Notes: a model not told the origin generated them from the letters alone. Shown: positions 50,957-63,556, counted from the whole stretch's first letter. The stretch: DNA of 63,969 bases, filler included, from Phoronis australis (GCA_002633005.1; 7 parts of 7 records of this genome joined end to end with filler, not necessarily neighbours in it); one strand, 5' to 3'. Program-made: numbers and translations.

Positions 50957-51840
50957 TGAGGGATGAACAGTGTAGTGTTGTACCCTTGGTCGTTGTATTG
51001 GGAGGGATGAACAGTGTAGTTTTGTACCCTTGGTCGTTGTATTGGGAGGGATGAACAGTGTAGTTTTGTACCCTTGGTCGTTGTATTGGGAGGGATGAAC
51101 AGTGTAGTTTTGTACCCTTGGTCGTTGTATTGGGAGGGATGAACAGTGTAGTTTTGTACCCTTGGTCGTTGTATTGGGAGGGATGAACAGTGTAGTTTTG
51201 TACCCTTGGTCGTTGTATTGGGAGGGATGAACAGTGTAGTTTTGTACCCTTGGTCGTTGTATTGGGAGGGATGAACAGTGTAGTTTTGTACCCTTGGTCG
51301 TTGTATTGGGAGGGATGAACAGTGTAGTTTTGTACCCTTGGTCATTGTATTGGGAGGGATGAACAGTGTAGTTTTGTACCCTTGGTCGTTGTATTGGGAG
51401 GGATGAACAGTGTAGTTTTGTACCCTTGGTCGTTGTATTGGGAGGGATGAACAGTGTAGTTTTGTACCCTTGGTCGTTGTATTGGGAGGGATGAACAGTG
51501 TAGTTTTGTACCCTTGGTCGTTGTATTGGGAGGGATGAACAGTGTAGTTTTGTACCCTTGGTCGTTGTATTGGGAGGGATGAACAGTGTAGTTTTGTACC
51601 CTTGGTCGTTGTATTGGGAGGGATGAACAGTGTAGTTTTGTACCCTTGGTCGTTGTATTGGGAGGGATGAACAGTGTAGTTTTGTACCCTTGGTCGTTGT
51701 ATTGGGAGGGATGAACAGTGTAGTTTTGTACCCTTGGTCGTTGTATTGGGAGGGATGAACAGTGTAGTTTTGTACCATTGGTCGTTGTATTGGGAGGGAT
51801 GAACAGTGTAGTTTTGTACCCTTGGTCGTTGTATTGGGAG
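50957..51840. repeat. Highly homogeneous 44-bp intronic minisatellite (~20 copies)
   Basis: Unit GGGAGGGATGAACAGTGTAGTTTTGTACCCTTGGTCGTTGTATT with only a few variant positions. Confidence 0.95.
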
Positions 51841-51993
51841 TCACATACTTTACCTCTGGGTTACACTGCCTACCATTAACAAAGTGACCTTGACCTATTT
51901 GTATTTGTACCCTTGAGTAGATGGGGACACTTCTCTGTCGTTGTACAGCCAACTTAAGATTGTCCGTGTTGTATGTTGTCATATTTCCTTCAG

Positions 51994-52197
51994 GTGAACC
52001 AGAGCAAAACTTCACAGGAGGTATATGGCTGGGGCTGGCTAGCCTGGTCACTGTCCAGCAATAAGGCTGGCCCTCACCTAGTAGACGCACTCAGTGATCT
52101 GGGTGGGATACAGCAGATCGCCTGTGCTGAGAGACTCCTGTTGGCACTGACCAAGACTGGCAAGGTGTTCACACTGCACTACAGTTCAGAAGCACAG
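51994..52197 (+). CDS. HERC2: HERC2 exon (start of RCC1-like domain 1)
   Basis: TTCAG|VNQSKTSQEVYGWGWLAW...IQQIACAERLLLALTKTGKVFTLHYSSEAQ|GTGAGG. Phase 0/0. Confidence 0.92.
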
Positions 52198-54045
52198 GTG
52201 AGGGCAGCGATTACCATGTCGCACCTTTGAATTATCGGTCAGGAATTTAATCAATTCTGGTCCAGGACGGGACCATCAAACGTAATTGAAGTAACCACGT
52301 GTGGATCAAACGGTGTGTTTTGAATAATTTGAAATTACTCACGATGCGATTGGTCAGTTTCAAATTAAGTCTCAAGTTGAGTTTTTGATCTCTGAATCTG
52401 GATGAAATACCGTCTTGTCCTTTGTGCGAATCAAATAAATGGCTTTTCCAATCTATTCAAGTCTGTGATGTGATGTCCTTTACAAACTATAAGTCGTTTA
52501 AATATTGAAAAGCTGATAGACTTCTTTGCCTGGTTTTACGATACCTGAAAACGGGAAGAATTCTCATGAGGGAGAATTGTGTTCTTGTTTATAATTGGCT
52601 GAGGTCTTTGAAGTTTAGCATTTAATATACTTTAAACCAAATCTACATTAGCAAACACAGACCAAATAATTCTCCACATTAATTTTGCTTAAATTTATCA
52701 ACAAATGTTTGCTTGTGTAGACCTGTTGCAAACTTTGTTTTCGGTTTTCAGACTTTAAAAAAAGTTTTACTCATTTCCTGTTTAGATATTTCAGTGTTAG
52801 ACTTTCACCAGGTGGAGCTACGTGTCTCAGTATGGCTTCTTGCTTCAGGAATTTCCTTTATTTAAAAATCTCTGTTCTTACACACAACATGGGCTTCAGT
52901 TTCTTTTCTCTGCTATGATCCTCAGAATTGGCAGTAATTAGTGCTGACGTTCACACAACTGTTGTCTTCAGATGTAGAAAATTTTGCTTATCCTTCACTA
53001 CATATGTTTTCCCTTAAAAGTCACTTCCAATTTGCATAATGCTAACGATCATGGCTGAGCAATATCACATCAAAGTTGGCCAGTGTATGCGAGTGTAGAC
53101 TTGGCTTTTGTGCGAGTTTTTCAAAGGGACTGTATGGTCTCGTGGCGGGGCATCAATGCAGCCACCTAGCTTTGCATGGAGGCCGAATGTTGGTGTACTC
53201 CAGTTGGTAGTGAGTGACGTAGGTGATGGTTAAGTGAGGGACTTGGAGGATACATGTGGACATTGTTAAAGGTTACCTGGGGGCCATTAAGGATGTCGAC
53301 GTTGGGCTAACTTTGGAACATTATATCTCACATGTGGTTGATGAGATTCCTATGAAACTTCTCAATACAATGCTTGTTAGGGATTGTCTTTAAAATGTTC
53401 CGCATTCGCATGAAGGGTGGTTAAGAATAAGACATCCATGTTTTTTATGAAAAAATCGAAAAGATGTATGAAATGAAAATGTATTGATAATATTTAGGAA
53501 ACTGTATAGCGATTTTGCCATTTGCCAAATGTTGTTGCAAGCATTGTTTTGCTTTGAATTCAGCTTTTATTTTTTGCTTAATTCCTGGCGACCAATACTT
53601 CATTAAGTGGTTTGTGCTGAGGGTTTAGGATTTGATATACACTCTCATTTTTTTTTTGAGTTCTTCAATCAATCAGCTTTATTTCTGTTGTAAAAGCCAT
53701 GCTCTTGTCTTACGAAAACAACCTTTTAAAACCATTCATTGGTTTATTGCAACATGTTCTCATACAGTTCAATTTCAAAGAATGTTTATTTCTTAAGTTA
53801 ATTTGCATACAATATCAGAGTTGACATCAGCTTATTAATTCAATCTGTCTTTAAATGGTACTACTTTCATGATCTTCATATTCAGAAATTGTTCAAAAGA
53901 AGGAAAGAACTACCAAGGTTGATTTACTAAAGAGAATGGTAGTTGTCAAATAAGTAATGTGTTAGTTGTCAAGTCTATCCGCTTTGTTGCGTGTAAGACC
54001 CTGTTAACCTTATATTCATGTTTGACCTCAATATTGTCCCTACAG

Positions 54046-54197
54046 AATGTCCAGCTGGTGGAAGGGTTTGGTGACCGTGACGTCATCAAGCTGGCAGTAC
54101 ACCCAGATGGTAAACACTACCTGGCTCTTACCTGTGATGGTGATGTGTACTCGTGGGGTAATGGTGACGGGGGACGTCTGGGACACGGAGATGCTAA
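54046..54197 (+). CDS. HERC2: HERC2 RCC1-repeat exon, copy 1
   Basis: CTACAG|NVQLVEGFGDRDVIKLAVHPDGKHYLALTCDGDVYSWGNGDGGRLGHGDA|GTAGGT. Compare human HSDGHHYLAL...VYSWGCGDGGRLGHGD. Confidence 0.92.
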
Positions 54198-56085
54198 GTA
54201 GGTGGAAGGGTAGGGTGCTTGCAATTTGAGGGTGTATGATATCGAAGACAGGGGGGATCAAACAAAGCTTGGTCTGTTTGTGCTGTTGTCTTCCTATCCT
54301 GAACATGTTTTGTGTTTCTTTATCACGGTCTCGGGAAGCTGAGATTGTGCCACATTTTTATTGCCAGTTATTATTTATTATTTATAGAGCTTCATATCTT
54401 TTACTACATACAACTAACTGGCTTGGTTGTTTTTATGTACATCAGAATAATGATATTTTATATAACTTATGATGAAATTAAACTTTAGAAATAACACTTT
54501 GTTTCTTTCTCTAAAAAGTTCACAAACCATAATTATGTTAATATTTCAACAGTACATAATGTGTAGTTACTAGACTATATCCTGTAAACATGTACGTAGA
54601 CTGAATTTTGATGCCAAACAGAATTTATAATAGTCATTATTTTCTTCAAACTCTAAAACTCTTCCTCTTTAAAGTTTGTCAAAACCAAGATCAGTGGAGT
54701 GTCTAATGATGTTGTTAGATTTAGAAGTTCTGTATGAGAGAAGTTACACCTGTTATATGTTTGTTTGTGCAGCTCAAGAGAGAAGTTACACCTATTATAT
54801 GTTTGTTTGTGCAGCTCAAGAGAGAAGTTACACCTGTTATATGTTTGTTTGTGCAGCTCAAGAGAGAAGTATGCTTCAGGAATTTCCTTTATTTAAAAAT
54901 CTCTGTTCTTACACACAACATGGGCTTCAGTTTCTTTTCTCAGCTATGATCCTCAGAATTGGCAGTAATTAGTGCTGACGTTCACACAACTGTATTGTCT
55001 TCAGATGTAGAAAATTTTGCTTATCCTTCACTACATATGTTTTCCCTTAAAAGTCACTTCCAATTTGCATAATGCTAACGATCATGGCTGAGCAATATCT
55101 CATCAAAGTTGGCCAGTGTATGCGAGTGTAGACTTGGCTTTTGTGCGAGTTTTTCAAAGGGACTGTATGGTCTCGTGGCGGGGCATCAATGCAGCCACCT
55201 AGCTTTGCATGGAGGCCGAATGTTGGTGTACTCCAGTTGGTGGTGAGTGACGTAGGTGATGGTTAAGTGAGGGACTTGGAGGATACATGTGGACATTGTT
55301 AAAGGTTACCTGGGGGCCATTAAGGATGTCGACGTTGGGCTAACTTTGGAACATTATATCTCACACATGGCTGATGAGATTCCTATGAAACTTCTCAATA
55401 CAATGCTTGTTAGGGATTGTCTTTAAAATGTTCCGCATTCGCATGAAGGATGGTTAAGAATAAGACATCCGTGTTTTTTATGAAAAAATCGAAAAGATGT
55501 ATAAAATGAAAATGTATTGATAATATTTAGGAAACTGTATAGCGATTTTGCCATTTGCCAAATGTTGTTGCAAGCAATGTTTTGCTTTGAATTCAACTTT
55601 TATTTTTTGCTTAATTCCTGGCGACCAATACTTCATTTAGTGGTTTGTGCTGAGGGTTTAGGATTTAATATACACTCTCATTTATTTTTTTTTTTTTGAG
55701 TTCTTCAATCAATCAGCTTTATTTCTGTTGTAAAAGCCACGCTCTTGTCTTACGAAAACAACCTTTTAAATCCATTCATTGGTTTATTGCAACATGTTCT
55801 CATACAGTTCAATTTCAAAGAATGTTTATTTCTAAAGTTAATTTGCATACATTATCAGAGTTGACATCAGCTTATTAATTCAATCCGTCTTTAAATGGTA
55901 CTACATACATGATCGTCATATTCAGAAATTGTTCAAAAGAAGGAAAGAACTACCAAGGTTGATTTACTAAAGAGAAGGGTAGTTGTCAAATAAGTAATGT
56001 GTTAGCTGTCAAGTCTATCCACTTTGTTGCCTGTAAGACCCTGTTCACCTTATATTCATGTTTGACCTCAGTATTGTCCCTACAG

Positions 56086-56237
56086 AATGTCCAGCTGGTG
56101 GAAGGGTTTGGTGACCGTGACGTCATCAAGCTGGCGGTACACCCAGATGGTAAACACTACCTGGCTCTTACGTGTGATGGTGATGTGTACTCGTGGGGCA
56201 ATGGTGACGGGGGACGTCTGGGACACGGAGATGCTAA
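56086..56237 (+). CDS. HERC2: HERC2 RCC1-repeat exon, copy 2
   Basis: Same peptide and splice sites as copy 1, with three synonymous differences. Confidence 0.8.
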
Positions 56238-57418
56238 GTAGGTGGAAGGGCAAGGTGCTTGCAATTTGAGGGTGTATGATATGGAAGACAGGGGTGATCA
56301 AACAAAGCTTGGTCTGTTTGTGCTGTTGTCTTCCTATCCTGAACATGTTTTGCGTTTCTTTATCATTTTCTCAGGAAGCTGAGATTGTTAACATTTTTAT
56401 TGCAATTATTTATAGTGAGCATAGATTCATATCTTTTACTACATACAACTCGTCTGTAACTGGCTTGGTTGTTTTTAATGTAAATCAGAATAAGGATATT
56501 TTATATAACTTATGATGAAATTAAACTTTAGAAATAACAACATAGATTACTTACAGGTAAATTTGTTTCTTTCTCTAAAAAGTTCACAAACCATAATTAT
56601 GTTAATATTTCAACAGTACATAATGTGTAGTTACTAGACTATATCTTGTAAACATGTATGTAGACTTAATTTTGATGCCAAACAATTTATAATAGTCATT
56701 ATTTTCTTCAAACTCTAAAACTCTTCCTCTTTAAAGTTTGTCAAAAACAAGATCAGGGGAGTGTCTAATGATGTTAGATTTAGACGTTCTATATGAGAGA
56801 AGTTACACCTGTTTGTTTGTGCAGCTCAAGAGAGAAGTTACACCTGTTATATGTTTGTTTGTGCAGCTCAAGAGAGAAGTTACACCTGNNNNNNNNNNNN
56901 NNNNNNNNNNNNNNNNNNNNNNNNNNNNNNNNTTAATTAATTAANNNNNNNNNNNNNNNNNNNNNNNNNNNNNNNNNNNNNNNNNNNNCTTTTTTCCTCT
57001 TGTTTACACTACACAGTTGAGTATTGGGAGGTGGTTCTCATTCTTTCCCATGCATACATTTATTTACTCACTAGTAAGACTGAGCTCAGAAGAGTAGGAG
57101 ACAACTTCGTACAATGCCCAATTGTCTGCCAGTGAAAGCCAGGATTCTAACCCGAGTCTCACAAACAAGAGTCCGGGGCCCAAACCAATGCGCCACTGTC
57201 TACAAATAATCAAAGACCACACATTGTAGAGTGATTTGCGTAAGTGCAACGAGTCCCATTTTTTTATCACTGAAACTGGTACTTATCCACGGCTGAAAAA
57301 TGATTCATCATTGGGGACGAAAGCGCCTGGGAGTGACCGGTAAAGCTACTGAACTTAAAATTAAAAAAGACCAAGTAGTAATTCGCGGTAGTATGATGCA
57401 TATTTATGATATTCTTAC

Positions 57419-57693
57419 CAGTAACTAACATTCTGTCGCAACTCCTGCGCACCTTCTGCCTGTTGATATTCACTGCACGAACCGGCTGGGGCTGGATCGT
57501 CGACAACCGGAGCAAGGGGATCGAGGGAAAACGGTTCTACTAGAGAGAAGGTGTGAGCACAAATTGTTCCTATGGGGTCTGTCACCTCCTCCTCCACATC
57601 CGAAACGTCAGAATCGTCTGAAAACTCCACCTGACCCTCCCTGTATCTTTCAAAATATTCTTCATCTACGCTGCTGTACTCACTGGGATCCAT
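57419..57693 (-). CDS. Putative KolX-like first exon of a second Kolobok-type element
   Basis: Acidic N-terminus, PFSLDP motif, ends LRQNVSYW at a TG|GTAAG donor, the same architecture as the ORF at 59700. A possible element end ACACT|TTAA lies at 57956. Confidence 0.5.
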
Positions 57694-58299
57694 ATTGTTT
57701 TCTTTGTGTTCCCCAACACCACGTCACACAAAGACCTCTCTACGGTCTCTGCGTCACATGTGTAACGAAGGAAAATGGCGCCGTTTCTATTTTCCGTTAC
57801 AACAATGGCGTTACAACGCCACGGCAACAAATATGTAAATATCTTTTTAAAGCGACGTACAATTCAGTTAATGTTAAGAATATAGCAAGAATAATTATAA
57901 ACACGAATTTAGAGCATATTGTTGTTCAGATTGGTTGAGACCTTGCAATTTACACTTTAAAGATGCACTTTAACAAGTTATGTCTATATAAGGAATGACC
58001 AAGGGGGCACGCACATTGACAAAGTGACCGCATTCGCGAACAGTGTACAGTACCAGAAATTGCAGGGAGGCTGTATTTTCACAACAAAGTCTTGCGGGAC
58101 TCGTGCGATGTTCAATGGGCCTCCTAAGGAGCCCTAGTGCCGACCTCAACACCCACCGTCTTTCTACCTGCAATAAGCACCACTGCCGTTTTCTATACTG
58201 GGAATTTCCGCAGAAAGGCCCACCCGACGAAACGCCCATGCCCATGGGCATTTATTTGATGTTAGTAGTTCGGGTTTCAAGCGTTCAGACATTGTGACG

Positions 58300-58940
58300 T
58301 TTATTTTGAAAATTGCAAGAGATGCAAATGGGTCCTGGGATACATTGTCAAGGTTTGAAGTAGACGGTCCATGATGAACGGATCAAATTTAGTTGCGCAT
58401 GCTGTAAGTCTTTTGAGAGGACTTGGTAACCTCAGGGGGCTTAGTGCCAACTGAGCTGCGAAACGAGATGCTGACATTGTAGAGGCGTACAAGCTCATTG
58501 ACACAGCAGTTGACGAAGTGCAAGCGTTGGGAACAAACGTCGAAGATGTCTGGGTAGAATGGTTCCAAGAGCAGCAAACCATTGGATCCGATGTACAGAT
58601 TCCTCGGCAGTCTAGTCAACAGAAAGATAGGACCAACGTTCTTGGAGAAACACCCAGGTATTAAGTTATAATTATACACAGTTTGTAATAATGTCGATTT
58701 TTTATGCTTGTTTACAATGAAAACGAAATAGAAATTATTTTTAGACATGCCAAATTTACCCCGCCAGTACAGCAGAGGGTCTACGAGCGCACAGAAACTG
58801 ATTCTGGTTTGTATTTCCACTTGAGTATCTGCTTCATATCCAAAATCTTATTTCACGTAGTGCGTAGTTAAATCTGTACTCAATACTTGTTTCTTCCAGT
58901 GAGTACTACAGAACGGTGCGAAAACCCTTCCTGGTCCCTC
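58300..58940 (+). pseudogene. hAT (PRKRIR/THAP12-type) transposase relic with an intron
   Basis: KRDADIVEAYKLIDTAVDEVQALGTNVEDVWVEWF...IPRQSSQQKDRTNVLGETP|GT...TTTCTTCCAG|EYYRTVRKPFL matches the PR....Q..R.N....P.EYYR....PFLD motif. Confidence 0.7.
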
Positions 58941-59699
58941 GGCGAACTAGTCTTGTGATGTTTTTTACCAAAGTGTGCCTTGTAAAACTATTTATCTCAG
59001 CCAGTACTGTTTGGTCCCGCGACAGATCGACTATTTTTATAGGGATAATAAGCACAGCTGTACTTTTGGTCTCGTGACGGACCAGGCCAGAGTTTTTGTG
59101 TACTCTCAGTGTACATCTGGTCCCTCTGCGAACTGCTCCTGTATATCTTTTCACCACGGTGTAAGCCTACAGAGTGTTTTGGTTTCGTGAAACTGTTTTC
59201 AGATGATTTGTTTCCTGATACATTTGACGTTTCTCAATTGTTGTCAACGTGATTCAGCTTAATAAAGTGATACTTAATTGTTTATTGTCGCTTTTAATAA
59301 TAGACTATGAGCTGAGAGCACCATCGTTCGCCAGTTTTTCTCGTAACGAGACAGAACGCATGTTTATTTCCGGACTAACAGTACAGGTCTTCATTCCTAA
59401 AGGCGAAGGCAACCTTTTTCATGTCATTTTGAGCTAAAATAAAGTTGGTTGGTTATCCTAGACATATTTTCCACTTAATTACCGCTTTTCGTAATTTTAT
59501 AAATTACTCGTCCGCTACTCCGGAAGTGACGTTTTAGGAGGCAAGCGTTTCCCGCCACTTGGTTTTGCGTTGACTTTACCATGCGAATCTGTTCTATTCT
59601 ACTTTTGTTTCCATCGGCGAGTATTCTGCGGCAAGATAGGTTAGTGGAGAACTCAACTACGTTGGATTTCGGGATTGTTTAGTGTGTTGTAAGCTGAAA

Positions 59700-60008
59700 A
59701 TGGCTGGAGTCGGTGACCCGTATCACAGCGACAGTAGTGTGAGTGACGGAGACCTTGTTCACAGCAGTGGTGACGAGGAATTTTTTCACGGACATTCAGT
59801 GGGTGGGTGCATGTTTGAGCCCGAGTGTAACGAGGCAGAGTACGCACAGGCACAGGCAGCTGTTGAGAGAAACAAGGCGGCTACTGAGGAAAGACGTGGT
59901 GACACATCTTGGTGCAAATGCACTGTGTGCGTTGTTATGCCACTCCTCAATGGAATGCTTGTGCTGTTCAGAGTTCGACGAGGCCAAGTCACTACTGGAC
60001 ATAGTTAA
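59700..60008 (+). pseudogene. KolX / P2X7-ballast (nanor)-like Cys-rich gene, truncated
   Basis: MAGV...GCMFEP...ERRGDTSWCKCTVCVVMP(frameshift)SMECLCCSE matches the WCxCxxCxxMPxxxExxCCxE motif. Confidence 0.75.
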
Positions 60009-60785
60009 GTGGACCTCCGGCATACCACGGACAGAGGAACAACTGTCCCACTTGCCAGAGTGTCCCGCGACACACTCCCACTGGATGGTAACCTGAGCAC
60101 CCAAACTGCTTACATCGTGTCGTGTGACTCCCTGGCGCCACACACCTGGCACCTTCTAAATAGCTCCAACATTTTAGACAAGTCCACAATAAACTTATCA
60201 AAGTTTGGCTCACCGATCTGTTCACTGGACGACGAACTGTCCTCTTCACTGGGTTTCGAACTGAGCCTGTAATCACTCCCACTACTCAATATCGCTGCAG
60301 GGTTGCTTAGGCTCTGGGCTGGAGAAAACAACACAGGGCGAATCACTACTGGTTCCACTGAGGAATTGTACGCTCTGGGGTACCTTCGGAGGCACGGGTG
60401 ACAGTAGATGAAGTGCCTCCACTGGCTCCAGCCACTGTACTGGCCACAGCTCGCGAGGCTTCTCGCTTCTCGGGGGTGGCGACGGGGCACTGCCGGGAAT
60501 CAACACAGACGAAATGGCATCCTTCTTCAGACGTTCTTTCACAGGGACCTTCATCAGTTCATCGTATAAATCCCTTTCGTAATCGGACGGCAGAAAGTGC
60601 TTGCCACATACACGGTAATTCTCCACTGCTTTGTACGTTGCATGGACGGGTAACGCTGCGTTCTTTACACGAACGAGCCAAGTACGGCGAAGTGTGTCAT
60701 CCATCGGAAAGCGATGCAAAGGTACTCCCAAAGCGCGCGTGAGCCAATAATTAGTACATCCTGGTACGCACCAACAGTGTGGCAT
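60005..60785 (-). pseudogene. THAP-domain Kolobok transposase N-terminal region, frameshifted and truncated
   Basis: THAP motif CCVPGC-like (HCWCVPGCTN), HRFP...RRTW...RVCGKHF...LKKDAISS. Then KFIVDLSKMLELFRRCQVCG and GAQVTIQWECVAGHSGKWDS...GMP. Confidence 0.8.
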
Positions 60786-61419
60786 GTTGACTGACTAGTA
60801 AATGAAAGCAAACGACGACGGAACTTAACACATCCGAGGTAGAACAATGACTGACTCGGCAGCTCTCACAGTCAGACTTTATGAAAAGAAATTGGCGCGA
60901 AATGCTTGCCTCCTAAAACGTCACTTAATTCCGGAGTACCAGACGAGTAATTAATAAAATTACGAAAAGCTGTAATTAAGTGGAAAATATGTCTAGGATA
61001 ACCAACCAACCTTATTTTAGCTCAAAATGACATGGAAAAAGGTTGCCTTCGCCTTTAAACAGCTTGAGGCTTTTGCGATCATCTGGTATTCAAGTTTTTA
61101 CGCCCCGTCGGTGCTCCTTATGCTCTTGGATATTTGGTAGTTGTCTAAACTCCTGTATACACACCACACTTTTTCGTATGCTAAAAAGGTGTGTGTAATA
61201 TAAGCAGATGTTCCAACAAAAATTTTTGCTGGTGGTGTGACTCATACCCAGTGTGCACAAATTAATATGGTTTCACGAAACTTATGAGCCAAGTTCATGT
61301 GACGAAATCGAGAAGGGTTTTTAATTATCTTAAGAAAAACTCCAGGGACATGTTAAGAACGTACCAGGATGCATGGAAATTTCACTGTTTGGCTACAAAA
61401 ACAAAAAGTTGTCTTACAC

Positions 61420-61537
61420 GAGAGGGGGGTTTACCGACCTCCCCCTCGATCCGCTCGGCGCCACGCGCCTCGGATTCGACCTTTGCGGGACTGAATCCTA
61501 AACCCCCCCCCTTACTGAAAACGTAGATCCGCCACTG
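61420..61537. mobile_element. hAT-like right terminus
   Basis: GC-rich subterminal region ending CCCCCCCC...GATCCGCCACTG (reverse complement CAGTGGCGGATC). Confidence 0.55.
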
Positions 61538-62851
61538 ATAGCATGCAAGGGAACAGACTAAAAAACCGGCAAAAAAAACAAAAAATCTACTAACTGGCTG
61601 GCGGTGCGCCCCGTGCTGCGGTCACGGTGATCGAACGGTGTTGGCGGGCATCAACTTGGAAATGTAAAATACCGGTACAATAACTTTTTAGAGGGGACCA
61701 TTTGTTGGGGGACCAGCCTGCGCTGCTAAATTGGTCATTTTCCATTTATGGCCAAAGGGACGTTTAGTCTCCGGTAGTTGCTCCTCGGCAGAGTCTGACG
61801 CCGGATGCCGCGTGACTGGGGAATTTTCCGCCAGCCGGTCGACAGAGCATTTACTACCTAAGCCAAAACTGCGCTAGCCGACTAGAGCGACGTCTTTCGT
61901 GAAAATGAGGTTGTCTGCCCAGTGCTAATTCCATGTAGGTGGCGCTGGGACATAGGGTGTGAGAGCGTAATACTCGTATGGTCGTATAGCCTATGGTGAG
62001 AGTTTGTGCGCTGGACGGTTAAGTATGTCGGTAGATTTGCGGAAAAACAAGGAAGCCTTGATAAAGGCGTTTAACGAAGTGTGTAACGTTGAATCCAAAA
62101 CTAACTGGTATGTATTCCACCAAGTGTTACCCTACTAAGATGTGGATTGATCATGTAGTTCAATTATCCGGCCGGTTACTTACGGAAGTTACACTTGCTA
62201 CTTCCGTGTATCTACTATCTGTTGCTGTTACTATGAACTGCGCCAATGAGCGATTTCTGGTATTTGACAAATCCAAACTATGCTATCCAGTAGAAAATTA
62301 TTCCGTATATTATGTAATGAACCAACAATCAGCAGTAGCTTTTCATTCTTCTTGTATCATATCAAAAGTTGAGAGCAAGACCTCCGAAAGACCCTGACTC
62401 AGATTTGGTGGACAGAAATTCAACTATTACATAGTGGCAGGAAGAGATAACCAGGAAGGGACAACTAGCTAAGCCGCCGTTTTTGGCCTCCTTCAGGACT
62501 TAAGTTTCGTTTAAAAGGAAACAGATGATTTTATCAGAGAGATTAAAGCTTTTTCTATAGAAGGATATCAAAAAACTCGCTTTGCAACCTTAAACAGTGG
62601 TGTAATTGTACTTTAAAAATATCGACTTCAGAGCACTCAATCGCAACTTCCCACACGCAGTCACGGGTATTTAAGCTTTTCCGTCGATGTATAGATGGCG
62701 CAGTAGTCAAGTACTCCCTCATTTGCATATCAAATTTGCATGTGGGAGTTCNNNNNNNNNNNNNNNNNNNNNNNNNNNNNNNNNNNNNNNNNNNNTTAAT
62801 TAATTAANNNNNNNNNNNNNNNNNNNNNNNNNNNNNNNNNNNNNNNNNNNN

Positions 62852-63239
62852 GCAAACATGGGAAGAAAATAAAGTGACAAAAACGTTCAAGTATTATATT
62901 TTGACGTGAGTCCATGACCCAAGACAATAACTCGTTGCTTGAATTGTAATTCACATTGCTAAACCACCGTCTCGGAAGCCCGGCGTCGTTGCGCTCTTTG
63001 TGATCATCGATCTTTTTCTAAAAGTCGGGAAATCGCACGTTTCCTTAGCACTGGGCGCTAAATCTTCATTCGTTAAAAGTCGGGAATGGGCGCTTAACCG
63101 AGAGGTGGGCGCTTAACTGGAAATCTTCAAAAATCGCAGGGGGGCGCTTAACCGAGCAGTGGGCGGTTAAATCGAAAATCCACCTATAGTAGGGGGTGGG
63201 CGGTTAACTGAGCATGGGCGTTTACCTGAACGTTTACGG
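62852..63239 (+). mobile_element. Right end of a second copy of the 5229-7928 transposon family
   Basis: Colinear with ~7553-7928 and ends GAACGTTTACGG|TA. Confidence 0.9.
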
Positions 63240-63240
63240 T

Positions 63241-63556
63241 AGCTCTCACTACAGTACCAAGCTAGACGATAATGAGCTCTCACTACACTATCAAGTCGGA
63301 TAATACTGAGCTCTCACAACAATATCGAGCCAGAAAATACTGAGCTCTCACTACACTATCAAGCCAGACGATACTTAGCTCTTACTACACTATCAAGCAA
63401 GATGGTACTGAGCTCTCACAACACTATCAAGCAAGATGGTACTGAGCTCTCACAACACTATCATCAAGCGAGACGGTACTGAGCTCTCACTACATTATGA
63501 AGCCAGACGCTATTGACCTCTGACTACACAATCAAGTGAGATGCTATTGAGCTCTT
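63241..63556. repeat. 34-bp minisatellite
   Basis: About 9 degenerate copies of ACTGAGCTCTCAC(A/T)ACACTATCAAGCAAGATGGT. Confidence 0.85.

Larger units (their letters stand above)
52841..56888. repeat. ~2.03-kb tandem duplication (52841-54870 and 54872-56888) containing a HERC2 exon
   Basis: Both copies start TGCTTCAGGAATTTCC and end in a 42-bp minisatellite (GAGAGAAGTTACACCTGTTATATGTTTGTTTGTGCAGCTCAA). They differ by scattered SNPs and indels. Confidence 0.95.
59401..61054. mobile_element. Internally deleted Kolobok DNA transposon with ~160-bp TIRs
   Basis: Termini AGGCGAAGGCAACC and GGTTGCCTTCGCCT; flanks CTAA and TTAA. Holds convergent KolX-like (+) and THAP-transposase (-) N-terminal fragments. 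Confidence 0.85.

Noticed and set aside
50885-52090. 401-aa minus-strand ORF (and the overlapping 137-aa ORF)
   Set aside because: It is a translation of the stop-free 44-bp minisatellite, antisense to a HERC2 intron and exon.
54676-54972. ORFs with ERSYTCYMFVCAAQ repeats; similarly 49558-49985
   Set aside because: Translations of 42-bp and 66-bp intronic tandem repeats.
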